Assembly (NCBI GenBank): GCA_033723415.1
Contig: JAWVXD010000007.1
Span: 60,899 to 124,898, forward strand
Reading direction: 5' to 3'
Source: Sulfurospirillaceae bacterium
GTDB taxonomy: Bacteria; Campylobacterota; Campylobacteria; Campylobacterales; Sulfurospirillaceae
DNA: 64,000 nucleotides
A program made the translations under genes and the position numbers. How positions within the stretch are numbered: the stretch's first letter is position 1; each line of letters starts with the position of its first letter. A model generated the notes under the pieces. It had not been told where the DNA came from, did not search any database, and saw only the letters and a list, made by a program, of their open reading frames with translations. Positions 20,568 through 30,003 of the stretch are shown here, one piece after another.

Positions 20568-21744
20568 TATGCAACATTTTTTAACACTTATTTCTTCTAT
20601 AACTATAGAAAAACCTTGGGGTATAGATATACCTAATTATTTTTGGTTTACAGGTAGTTCGGCAGCTGCTTTCATTATATCGAGCTTTGCTCATGTATTT
20701 GGATGGAAAAAATATAAACCAATAGCCGGAGTCTCTTTACTGATGGCTTTTGTTCTCTTGGTCGCAGCACCGCTGAATCTCATCGATGATCTAAGACAAC
20801 CGGGCAGAATTCTAAACTTTTTTATGTACGGTTGGGAAGATTTTCCGACTTCACCTATGAAATGGGGTGTTTTACTACTTATGGCCTATCCGATACTGAT
20901 ATTCTTTGAAGCACAGGCGATGTATCGTATCTATTTTGTAAAAAAAGCACAAACAAGTAGCGGTCTATCAAAAGTTTTCAATTCCTTGTTTACATTCGGC
21001 AATATGGATCTCAGTGAAGAAGCCATAGAAAAAGACCATAAAAAAGGCTTTATCTTAGGCGCGGTCGGTATCCCTTTAGCCTTGGCGGTTCACGGATACA
21101 CCGGATATATCTTAGGTGCCGTACATGCCAATGTCATGTGGCATACACCGCTTATGCCGATCATCTTTTTGGCTTCTGCTATGGTTTCGGGGACGGGACT
21201 GCTTGTCATCTTGATCCCTCTTTTCCAAAGATTCTTATCTGAACGCAAAAAGGTCGATACAGAAATGGTAGCGACTTTGGCAAAACTTTTATCTTGGTTC
21301 ATAATCTCTGATCTTGTCATGAGATTTTTATGGTTGACTTTTTCTTTGACATTTGCAAATGGAGAAAAATACGCCCTCTACCAATACTTTAGTTTACACT
21401 TTGAAGATACTCTTTGGATCGATTACGTATTATGCCTATTCGTACCGCTGGTCATAGGTTTTACAAAACTTAGGAACATCCCTATCGTCGTCTATTTTGG
21501 CGGTTTGGTCACAGCGATCGGTGTTTGGATTTTTAGGTGGAATACCGTTATCGGCGGACAAGAGATACCTCGCACGACTCCGGGATTTTCACATTACACC
21601 CCACCTCTATTTGGACAAGACAGCATCATATCCGTACTTTCAAATTGGGGTATTTTGTTTGCTCTTATTTGTGCCGTGTTATTGGTGTTTCCTTGGGATG
21701 AAGAGATGAAAGATTGTTATGAAGGAGTAGAAAATGCAAGATAG
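20560..21744 (+). CDS. ttrC: NrfD/PsrC family membrane anchor (TtrC-like)
   Basis: PWG..IPNYF, DLRQPGR, SPMKWG, W..P motifs; many TM helices. Confidence 0.82.
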   Translation: MDNMQHFLTLISSITIEKPWGIDIPNYFWFTGSSAAAFIISSFAHVFGWKKYKPIAGVSLLMAFVLLVAAPLNLIDDLRQPGRILNFFMYGWEDFPTSPMKWGVLLLMAYPILIFFEAQAMYRIYFVKKAQTSSGLSKVFNSLFTFGNMDLSEEAIEKDHKKGFILGAVGIPLALAVHGYTGYILGAVHANVMWHTPLMPIIFLASAMVSGTGLLVILIPLFQRFLSERKKVDTEMVATLAKLLSWFIISDLVMRFLWLTFSLTFANGEKYALYQYFSLHFEDTLWIDYVLCLFVPLVIGFTKLRNIPIVVYFGGLVTAIGVWIFRWNTVIGGQEIPRTTPGFSHYTPPLFGQDSIISVLSNWGILFALICAVLLVFPWDEEMKDCYEGVENAR

Positions 21745-24700
21745 TAGAAGAAAATTTTTATTGGGCTCAGGTGCAATTGTAGCTGCTGCTTCGGTTGCCG
21801 GATACAAAGAAACACTCGGTGCCGTAGCTACGCTTTCAAGCAAAGGTGAAAAAGCCAAAGACAGTATCTATTTTAATTCAGCACCGGCTGAGTACAGTTT
21901 ATTAAATAAAAAATTTATGCAAAACCAAGATTTCAAAGTGGTACCTACAACGTGTATCGGCTGTACGACACAATGCGGTGTCAGGATCAAGGTCGATAAA
22001 AAGACGGATAAGGTCGTGAGAGTGTTGGGAAATCCTTACAATCTTCTTTCCACAAATCCTTGGCTTCCTTATCATACGAGCATAAAAGACAGCTATAAAA
22101 CACTATCTCAAAGCGGAAATTTTGAAACATTTAGATCCAATGTCTGTGCGAGAGGTAATGCCGTTTTTGATAAAATTTATGCAAAGAACCGTGTACTTAA
22201 ACCGCTAAAGCGTGTCGGTAAAAGAGGTGAAAACAGATGGAAAGAGATGGATATAGATGAACTCATCACCGAAATCGTAAACGGTGGAAATCTTTTTGGC
22301 GAAGGTAACGTCAAAGGATTAAAAGACATCAGAGATATCAAGACGCCGATCAATCCAGCCGAGCCCTCTTTTGGACCGAAATCAAATGGACTGTGCGTTA
22401 TCGGAACCACACACGAAGGAAGAGCAATACCGTTTATCCATAGATTTATGATGTCATTTGGGAGCATGAATTTCACAGGGCATACTGCAATATGTGGACT
22501 TTCAATGAGAGCCGGAGAGGCAGCATTTCTAGGTGATTTCAAAAAATACCCGCACTTAAAACCTGATTTTGAAAATACCAGATATCTGCTGAGTATCGGA
22601 ACACCTCCCGGACAAGCGGGGAATCCTTTTAAAAGACAAGGCAAACTATTAGCTCATGCAAGAAGCGAGGGTGATATAGAATACACTATCGTATCTCCTA
22701 TGCAAGGGAATAGCGACACGATAGCAGTCGGTGGTAAAAGCAGCTGGATTCCGATAATCCCGGGTACTGATCTGGCTTTTGTCATGGGTCTTTTACAAAT
22801 CATTATCAATAACAAACTCTATAATGAAAAATATCTCTCGATTCCATCAGCCAAAGCGATGAAAGCACAAAATGAGCCTTCTTGGACCAATGCTTCTCAT
22901 CTGATCATCCAAGACAAAGAAGGCAATGGCAAGATACTAAAGGATAAAAATATTCCTTTCGTTTTGGATGCGAGTGACAATAAGCTTAAATCTTCAAATG
23001 AAGTATTACAAGCTGTTCTTGACTACAAAGGAAGTGTCGAACTTAACGGCAAGACTTACAATGTCAGAACATCATTTAATGAACTTAAAGAGAATGCAAA
23101 CGAATTAGCCTTGGATCAATACTCTAAAGAGTGCGGTGTCAGTGTAGAGAAGATGAAAGAAGTTGCCAAAAAATTTACTTCCTTCGGTAGACGCGCAAGT
23201 GTTGATTGTCATGGCGGTACTATGCATACGACCGGATTTTATACCTCGTATGCAATTATGATGCTTGGAGCTATGATCGGAAACCTCAACTATAAAGGCG
23301 GTATGAGCAGCGGTGGTGGAGCTTACAAGGATTTTGTAGGCAAACAATACAATCTTTTTGCATACAAAGGAAAAGTAAAAGTTCACGGCGCGAGGATGGA
23401 TCGAACCAGAAGACCATATGAAAGTACCAATGAGTACAAAAACAAAGTAGCCAAAGGAGAAAATCCCTATCCGGCCAAAGATACTTGGTATCCATTTACT
23501 AATGCGCTAGAAAGTGAATTTATCACAAATAGCTTCAAAGGTTATCCTTATAAAATGGATGCTTTGATATCATTTAACTCGAACTTTATATATGGAACTG
23601 CCGGAGGAGAAACACAGATAAAAGAGTTGATCAAGGACCCAAAAAAAGCCGTGCCTCTCTTTATAGCTATCGATCCGTTTATCAATGAATCTTCTATCTA
23701 TGCAGATTACATCATCCCAGATTCCGTTATGTACGAAACTTGGGGAGTCGTTCATGCCTGGGCAGCTTATCAGACAAAGATAAATACACTCAGATTTCCT
23801 GCCGTAAAACCAAGACAAGACACATTTAAAAACGGTGAACCTATTGAAATGCTTAGTTTTATCATCGCTTTGGGCAAAAAGATGAACCTTCCTGGCTTTG
23901 GTGAAAAAGCAATCAAAGGAAATGACGGCAAACTTTATCCATTTGACAAGGCGGAGGATTTCTATCTGAGAGCATTTGAGAATATTGCAATGGACGGCAA
24001 ACCGGTACCGGATGCCAGTGATGAAGAGATCAAGCTCTCCGGTATTGAACAATTTGTACCTTCACTCAAAAAGATCTGTAAAGAAAACTGGAGAAAGACT
24101 GCATATGTCATGGCAAGAGGCGGCAGATACGAGGATTTTGAAAAAAGTTATGATGGAGAATTTACATCACACAAATATAATAAACCTGTACAGATATACA
24201 ATGAGGCATTAGGAACTTCAAAAAATTCTCTTAGCGGTGAATCTTATAGTGGAACAGTTAAGTTTTTCAAACAAAGAAGTGCTGCAGGAGCGACATATGA
24301 AAAGCTGTTCCCAAAAGCAAAGTTTCCGCTAATAGCATTTTCATATAAATCAAATGTCCTCTCGACTCCAAATACCTCAAGTACTAACTTGAAAGAGATC
24401 AGATATACGACATACGTGGATATAAATCCAAAGACGGCAGAAAAGTTTGGGTTAAAGCATGGTGATTATGTGAAAGTTGCTTCTCATGATGGAAATACTG
24501 AGGGATATTTGAGATTAAGACACGGTGTACATCCTGATACTATAGGTGTAGAGCAAGGTGACGGAAGAAGAGCCGAGGGTGCAATAGACATCGAGATCAA
24601 CGGGAAAGTGACTAAAGGTCTGATCTCACGTAAAACAGGTGTTTATTACAATAAACTAGGACTCAGAGATACTAGTCGAAAAGAAGCTATTGCAACTGAT

Positions 24701-24760
24701 TTTGCTTGTGGTTCTGCTGCTAGACAAGCGATACCTGTCAGTATAACAAAGCTTAGTTAA
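21734..24760 (+). CDS. ttrA: Molybdopterin oxidoreductase catalytic subunit, TtrA/SrdA clade
   Basis: Tat signal SRRKFLL, CIGCTTQC...CARG Fe-S motif, GNPY, PLKRVGKRGE, HTAICGLSMRAG, HLKPD, GNPFKRQ; B-C-A gene order. Confidence 0.85.
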   Translation: MQDSRRKFLLGSGAIVAAASVAGYKETLGAVATLSSKGEKAKDSIYFNSAPAEYSLLNKKFMQNQDFKVVPTTCIGCTTQCGVRIKVDKKTDKVVRVLGNPYNLLSTNPWLPYHTSIKDSYKTLSQSGNFETFRSNVCARGNAVFDKIYAKNRVLKPLKRVGKRGENRWKEMDIDELITEIVNGGNLFGEGNVKGLKDIRDIKTPINPAEPSFGPKSNGLCVIGTTHEGRAIPFIHRFMMSFGSMNFTGHTAICGLSMRAGEAAFLGDFKKYPHLKPDFENTRYLLSIGTPPGQAGNPFKRQGKLLAHARSEGDIEYTIVSPMQGNSDTIAVGGKSSWIPIIPGTDLAFVMGLLQIIINNKLYNEKYLSIPSAKAMKAQNEPSWTNASHLIIQDKEGNGKILKDKNIPFVLDASDNKLKSSNEVLQAVLDYKGSVELNGKTYNVRTSFNELKENANELALDQYSKECGVSVEKMKEVAKKFTSFGRRASVDCHGGTMHTTGFYTSYAIMMLGAMIGNLNYKGGMSSGGGAYKDFVGKQYNLFAYKGKVKVHGARMDRTRRPYESTNEYKNKVAKGENPYPAKDTWYPFTNALESEFITNSFKGYPYKMDALISFNSNFIYGTAGGETQIKELIKDPKKAVPLFIAIDPFINESSIYADYIIPDSVMYETWGVVHAWAAYQTKINTLRFPAVKPRQDTFKNGEPIEMLSFIIALGKKMNLPGFGEKAIKGNDGKLYPFDKAEDFYLRAFENIAMDGKPVPDASDEEIKLSGIEQFVPSLKKICKENWRKTAYVMARGGRYEDFEKSYDGEFTSHKYNKPVQIYNEALGTSKNSLSGESYSGTVKFFKQRSAAGATYEKLFPKAKFPLIAFSYKSNVLSTPNTSSTNLKEIRYTTYVDINPKTAEKFGLKHGDYVKVASHDGNTEGYLRLRHGVHPDTIGVEQGDGRRAEGAIDIEINGKVTKGLISRKTGVYYNKLGLRDTSRKEAIATDFACGSAARQAIPVSITKLS

Positions 24761-24769
24761 GTATTGAAT

Positions 24770-24808
24770 AACTAGCATATCAAGGCCTGAGCTTGATATG
24801 CTAGTTTT
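24770..24808. terminator. Bidirectional intrinsic terminator
   Basis: 15-bp perfect stem AACTAGCATATCAAG/CTTGATATGCTAGTT between convergent genes. Confidence 0.85.
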
Positions 24809-24811
24809 AAT

Positions 24812-25195
24812 TTACCAACCTCTTACTATTGTATGGCAAGCCAGACAATTATTCATAACATTTGCATAAGATTTTGTTGCATCTGCGTATTTTTTATTTT
24901 CAATATTGCTTTTTAACTCTTTTAAATTATGTTGCAAATTTGCATTAATATTTTTAGTTACTTGAATTTTATTATTGTGTGGAATAAAAACACTGACATC
25001 TACTTTTTTGAAAATTGCATTTGAATTTTCCAATAGATCTATACCTTGTAAAATATTTTTTTCATTATTGTGCATAAATCCGGATTGAACCTCATTTAAC
25101 CCTTGATACATCAAGCTCATAGTAGCTGTTATTGTTGTATTGTTTGCTAGTGCAAACACCGAACTAATCGCTAGTGCCAAAACTGTCTTTTTCAT
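24812..25195 (-). CDS. Periplasmic class II (c'/c556-like) monoheme cytochrome c
   Basis: Signal peptide, helical body, single CLACH at the extreme C-terminus. Confidence 0.8.
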   Translation of the reverse strand: MKKTVLALAISSVFALANNTTITATMSLMYQGLNEVQSGFMHNNEKNILQGIDLLENSNAIFKKVDVSVFIPHNNKIQVTKNINANLQHNLKELKSNIENKKYADATKSYANVMNNCLACHTIVRGW

Positions 25196-25330
25196 TTGCC
25201 CTCCAAATTTAGATTTTTCTTAATAAGCGTTCATATTACACTATTAAATATTAACAAATAATAAAATTGTCACAACTTATTTTTATTATTACAATATCGA
25301 CTATATAGAATTTAGTTTTGTTACAAAATT

Positions 25331-26581
25331 TCAACTATATATGCCAAAGCCTATGGTTGCAAGGCCAAGGAGCAATAGCCACAAGAAGGAGTGTAGCGTC
25401 TTTTTAAAGCCGCCAAACCATAAAGCATATACGGCTTTTAATATATTGTTGCTACCGACAGATATCACGATTGCCGTATATATTTCATGAGCGCTGATAG
25501 CATATTTACCGTTTAGCAAAGATAAGACAAATGGATCTATATCAGTAAAACCTACTATGAAAGAAAGAAATTTCAAACCGGTGATACCGCTATGAGTTAA
25601 AACAAAATGAGTAGCTACCATCATAAAAAGGAAAAGTATTGCAAATATAAAAGCCGTTCCTAACTCCAAAGGATTTTTATCTTCCATAGTCAATGTTTCT
25701 GCTGTCTCATTTTTAGATCTGTAGTATATTAAAGCGATCATAAAACTCAAAATCGCAAAAATTAGAAATGGCAAATATATAAATTTTGCTATCTCAAAAT
25801 TAAATATGAATGAAATTGCTATCAATCTGAGATACATCATAGAAGTTGCTCCTATGATCGATGCTGTTATCATTGGATCCACACCAATTTTTTTGCTTTT
25901 TTTCGCAAGTACCACCGTAGTTGCCGTTGATGAATATATCCCGCCTATGAGTCCTGTCAGGAACAAACCTTTTGATTGGAAGATGTATTTTTGCGCAATA
26001 TAACCACCATATGATATACCGGATATGACAACGACGGAGAGCCAAATTTTAAAAGGAGAAAGAGGAACATAAGGTATGACATTTTTAGTAGGTAATAGTG
26101 GAAGTATAACAGCAGAAAGCAGAACCATCTTTCCAAGTGTTTCAAATTCGTATGCATCTACTCCCGTTGTAAAATTCAAAATACTCTGCTTTGCATTTAA
26201 GACAAACACGATCAAAACGAATACTAAAGAACTCATCCAAAGAGGGTACATATCTGTCATAGGACCAAAAGTATAAACAAGCAACATAACGATATATAGC
26301 AAAATACTATGCTTACCGTTTGCAAGAGCTTTGTTATAAAACAGCATATAAAGCATAGTGAAGCCTAGCATTCCCACTATATATACACTCAAATAATCAA
26401 CATCTATCTTATAAAATATAAAACCCAATATACCAATAAATGTAAATGTTCTAGCCGTTCCCATAAAATACTGCGTTGATTCACTGTGAAACTTCAATCT
26501 ATACGCTTTTATTTCAAGCCCGATTAGAAAACTAAATACAACAGTTAATGCAAAGTGTGTCAAATCTGAATTAAAAGTCAT
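25331..26581 (-). CDS. MgtC/SapB family membrane protein with DUF4010 domain
   Basis: LIGLE...GTARTF (MgtC-like N-terminus), GGIYSSTATT and GFTDIDPF; ~12 TM helices; ATGA-coupled to ppk2. Confidence 0.82.
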   Translation of the reverse strand: MTFNSDLTHFALTVVFSFLIGLEIKAYRLKFHSESTQYFMGTARTFTFIGILGFIFYKIDVDYLSVYIVGMLGFTMLYMLFYNKALANGKHSILLYIVMLLVYTFGPMTDMYPLWMSSLVFVLIVFVLNAKQSILNFTTGVDAYEFETLGKMVLLSAVILPLLPTKNVIPYVPLSPFKIWLSVVVISGISYGGYIAQKYIFQSKGLFLTGLIGGIYSSTATTVVLAKKSKKIGVDPMITASIIGATSMMYLRLIAISFIFNFEIAKFIYLPFLIFAILSFMIALIYYRSKNETAETLTMEDKNPLELGTAFIFAILFLFMMVATHFVLTHSGITGLKFLSFIVGFTDIDPFVLSLLNGKYAISAHEIYTAIVISVGSNNILKAVYALWFGGFKKTLHSFLWLLLLGLATIGFGIYS

Positions 26582-27336
26582 TTTGATATTAGTCCTTTTT
26601 CATAACATATAGGATCAAACATACAAACTACGTCATGATCATATACCAACAGTTTGTCATCTTTTCCCTCATAATCTACATGGCTCAAAAAGTGTTTAAT
26701 TGTATTGATTCTTGCATCTCTTTTATCGTCTGTATGCACTATATACCAAGGAGCAAAAACAAAAGATGTTTTTTCAAACATTTCATCTCTGGTCTTTGAG
26801 TATTCATTCCAATATTTTTGCGACTGCTCATCGATCGAGCTTAATTTCCACTGCTTTAGAGGATCTTCTCTCCTGTCTTCCAAGCGCTTTTTTTGTTCAT
26901 GTTTTGAAATATCAAGATAATACTTAAAGAAAATCATTCCAGAGTGTGTCAACATATGTTCAAAACTGCCGACTTCCTCTAAAAATCTTTTTTGATCTCT
27001 TTTGCTGGAAAAGCCCATCACCTTTTCTACTCCGGCTCGATTGTACCAACTTCTATTAAAAAAAACTATCTCTTGATTACTTGGAAGATGAGGTACAAAA
27101 CGTTGAAAATACCAAGATCTTAAATCCTTGCGAGAGGGAATGCCAAGGGCAACGATCCTAGCTTCTCTTGGACTTAGATGTTCTATAAATCTTTTGATAA
27201 CTCCATCTTTGCCTGCACTATCACGTCCCTCAAAAATGATACAAACTTTTAAGTTTTTTTTGATGATCTCTTTTTGAAATTTTACAAGTTGAACTTGTAA
27301 ATCATACAACTCTTTTTTATATCTGCTCTTTTCCAT
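26578..27336 (-). CDS. ppk2: Polyphosphate kinase 2
   Basis: FEGRDSAGKDG Walker A, WYFQRF, FNRSWYNR, PLKQWKLS. Confidence 0.95.
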   Translation of the reverse strand: MEKSRYKKELYDLQVQLVKFQKEIIKKNLKVCIIFEGRDSAGKDGVIKRFIEHLSPREARIVALGIPSRKDLRSWYFQRFVPHLPSNQEIVFFNRSWYNRAGVEKVMGFSSKRDQKRFLEEVGSFEHMLTHSGMIFFKYYLDISKHEQKKRLEDRREDPLKQWKLSSIDEQSQKYWNEYSKTRDEMFEKTSFVFAPWYIVHTDDKRDARINTIKHFLSHVDYEGKDDKLLVYDHDVVCMFDPICYEKGLISK

Positions 27337-27387
27337 AGAGAACCTCCCAGCTTAAATTATATTTTAATTTGTACCTTCTATATAAAT

Positions 27388-29946
27388 TTATATCGCTTCA
27401 ATATTATATCTTTTTCTGTAATATTTCAAAACACCCATTTTCACAATATCATTAAACATAAACCAAACAAATGCATATCCCCAAGCTATCAAAACCCACT
27501 TGAAAGAGATAGCAGGTATGAGTCCAAATCCGTACAGTGAGAAAACAGATCCTGCAATGGCACTCAAAATCGATGCACTCAACAGTCTTTTTGACGGAAA
27601 CGGTTTTTTAAAAAACCAATCATCTATACGGGTATTAAACAGTGTTCCATGCCCTGCTACTATGAGCTTAGTAAAAAATATACTTTGTATCAAATTCAAA
27701 GGCAGATGCAAGATAGACATCAATATCCAAAACAATACAAAAGACGACAATACCCCTGCCAAACCAAGCCATGATGATAGTATAAAAACTTCTTTGACAT
27801 CCCATCTCACCGGTTTTTCTCTAGCTTTTGTATTATCATAGGCGATGGTCATGATAGGGATGTCGTTTAGTAGTGCCAGCAAGATAATCATTACAGCCGT
27901 CAATGGATAAAAATTGTAAATGACGATTGCTAATGTCATGAAGATAATCACACGGATAGTCTCTGCAATTCGGTAGATCGTATAGCTTTTCATACGTTCA
28001 AAGATCTCCCTGGCGATCGTGATAGCTTCAATGATCACACCAAGCCCCGGAGCTAACAGCACGATATCGGCACTCGCTCTTGCTGCATCGGTTGCACCGC
28101 TCACCGCAATACCGCAATCTGCTTTTTTGAGTGCGGGTGCATCATTGACTCCATCACCAGTCATCCCTACGATATGATTGGCTTTTTGTAGTTTGTCAAC
28201 GATAAAGTATTTGTCTTCAGGAAAGACTTGGGCAAAACCATCCGCCTTTTCTATGAGTTCTACGATTTCGGATTCATGTTTTTTGACGGCTCCTTTCGGA
28301 ATCGGCATATTGTAAAGTTCTTTTTGCACTTTTTGCATGATTTCTTTGACGATTCCATCCACCTCTTCTTTCGTAGCATTCGTATGATTGGATTCTGTGA
28401 TTGCCTGTGCTATAACTTTTGAAAGATATAGATACTCTTCAATAGATTCTCCATTCAAAGTGTGCATATTTTCGATCTTCTCGCCGATTCCCAGGATGCT
28501 TGAGATGTATTTTGCCACGGCACTGTTGTCGCCGGTCACCATTTTAACATCAACGCCTTTTGCCTGAGCCTCTTGGATCGATTGTTTTGAATCAGTACGA
28601 GGAGGATCAAAAAGCGGGATTAACCCGACAAAATGATAGATCTCTTCTTCTCCGTTTCGATATGCAACACCCAATGTTCTAAAACCTTTGGATGCAAATA
28701 TTTCGACCTCTTGATATGCTTTTGATTTATCAAACTCTTTATCGTCACACTGTTCTATGATGATCTGAGGTGCGCCTTTTGTTAGGACAAATTCACGATT
28801 AGATCCATCATAAATTCCCTCGGTTCTTTTATGAACAGGATCAAACGGCAAGAACTTCTTCATCTTGTAAGATGCAAATTTTTCCCTGAGTTCATTTTTA
28901 TCAATATAGTCAAATATCGGAGCTTCTATCGGATCTTTATTCTCTTCTTTGCTTGAGAGTGCCGCATAAAGCATCAGATCTTCCTCGGTAAAATCATTGA
29001 CAAGATATGACTCACTCAGCGACATTTTGTTTTGTGTCAAGGTTCCTGTTTTATCAGAACACAGTATCGTCATGCCTGCCAACTCTTCTATGGAAGCCAA
29101 GCGACTGACGATCACCTCTTTTGCCGAAAGCACTCTGGCACCTATCGCCATGGTAACGGTCAAAACTGCGGGCATTGCTACTGGAATCGCAGAGATGGTC
29201 AACACCAAAGCAAAGATCAATAGCTCGACCGGAGGTTCATGAGCTCTTATCCCGTGAAATAGGATTATCGCAATCATCACTAATGTTAAAATGATCAGAA
29301 AATTACCGACTTTAAGCACCATCTTTTGGAAGTGACTGATCTCTTCTCTTTGTGCTTTTGCAACCAATCCCACGGTCTTCCCAAAATAGGTATTTTTACC
29401 GGTTGCCGTTACTTGTGCTAGCATTTCGCCTTGTTTTATGATCGCATTGGCATACAGTGCATCACCGCTTTTTTTATGTACGGGAAGCGATTCTCCGGTG
29501 AGTGCGGATTGATCTACGAGAAGAAATTCATCTTCTCCCAGCATAATCACGTCTGCTGGAACAATGTCACCGATCTTTAATTTTATAATATCTTTCGGGA
29601 CGACATTTTTAGCATCAATAGATTGCCACTTACCGTCTCTTAAGACTAAAGCCCTCCTCGCCAATTTATTTTTAAGTACTGAAATAGCACTGAGAGCTTT
29701 TGCTTCTTGATAAAAATCTACTATTGCATTTACTAACAACAGCAATCCGATAATTGCGAAATCCTCCCATTTTTTGGCAATTGCAGAAAGAATAAATGCG
29801 GCTTCTATCATCCATGGGATCGGGCCCCAAAATCTTCTAAAAAGCCTATGTTGCCAACTTTCTGATTTTTCATCAATAGCATTTGGTCCGAATTCTTTCA
29901 ATAATTCATAAACTTGAGAAGAAGAAAGTCCTTTTGCACTTAACAT
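27388..29946 (-). CDS. P3A-type plasma-membrane proton-efflux P-type ATPase
   Basis: FWGPIPWMIE, TGES, IPVAMP, DKTGTLT, KGAPQ, GDGVNDAP, YRIAETIR, LLND. Confidence 0.92.
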   Translation of the reverse strand: MLSAKGLSSSQVYELLKEFGPNAIDEKSESWQHRLFRRFWGPIPWMIEAAFILSAIAKKWEDFAIIGLLLLVNAIVDFYQEAKALSAISVLKNKLARRALVLRDGKWQSIDAKNVVPKDIIKLKIGDIVPADVIMLGEDEFLLVDQSALTGESLPVHKKSGDALYANAIIKQGEMLAQVTATGKNTYFGKTVGLVAKAQREEISHFQKMVLKVGNFLIILTLVMIAIILFHGIRAHEPPVELLIFALVLTISAIPVAMPAVLTVTMAIGARVLSAKEVIVSRLASIEELAGMTILCSDKTGTLTQNKMSLSESYLVNDFTEEDLMLYAALSSKEENKDPIEAPIFDYIDKNELREKFASYKMKKFLPFDPVHKRTEGIYDGSNREFVLTKGAPQIIIEQCDDKEFDKSKAYQEVEIFASKGFRTLGVAYRNGEEEIYHFVGLIPLFDPPRTDSKQSIQEAQAKGVDVKMVTGDNSAVAKYISSILGIGEKIENMHTLNGESIEEYLYLSKVIAQAITESNHTNATKEEVDGIVKEIMQKVQKELYNMPIPKGAVKKHESEIVELIEKADGFAQVFPEDKYFIVDKLQKANHIVGMTGDGVNDAPALKKADCGIAVSGATDAARASADIVLLAPGLGVIIEAITIAREIFERMKSYTIYRIAETIRVIIFMTLAIVIYNFYPLTAVMIILLALLNDIPIMTIAYDNTKAREKPVRWDVKEVFILSSWLGLAGVLSSFVLFWILMSILHLPLNLIQSIFFTKLIVAGHGTLFNTRIDDWFFKKPFPSKRLLSASILSAIAGSVFSLYGFGLIPAISFKWVLIAWGYAFVWFMFNDIVKMGVLKYYRKRYNIEAI

Positions 29947-30003
29947 ATGCTACTCCTATTGAAGTTTTCTTTATTTAGTTATATCACTTACGTATTAATA
30001 AAT

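Noticed and set aside
22177..24212. Several 70-160 aa alternative-frame or antisense ORFs inside ttrA
   Set aside because: Fully nested in a well-supported gene and without motifs.
21734..24760. Possible selenocysteine or frameshift in the molybdoenzyme
   Set aside because: The ORF is continuous for 1008 aa with Cys at the putative Mo-ligand position and no in-frame TGA.
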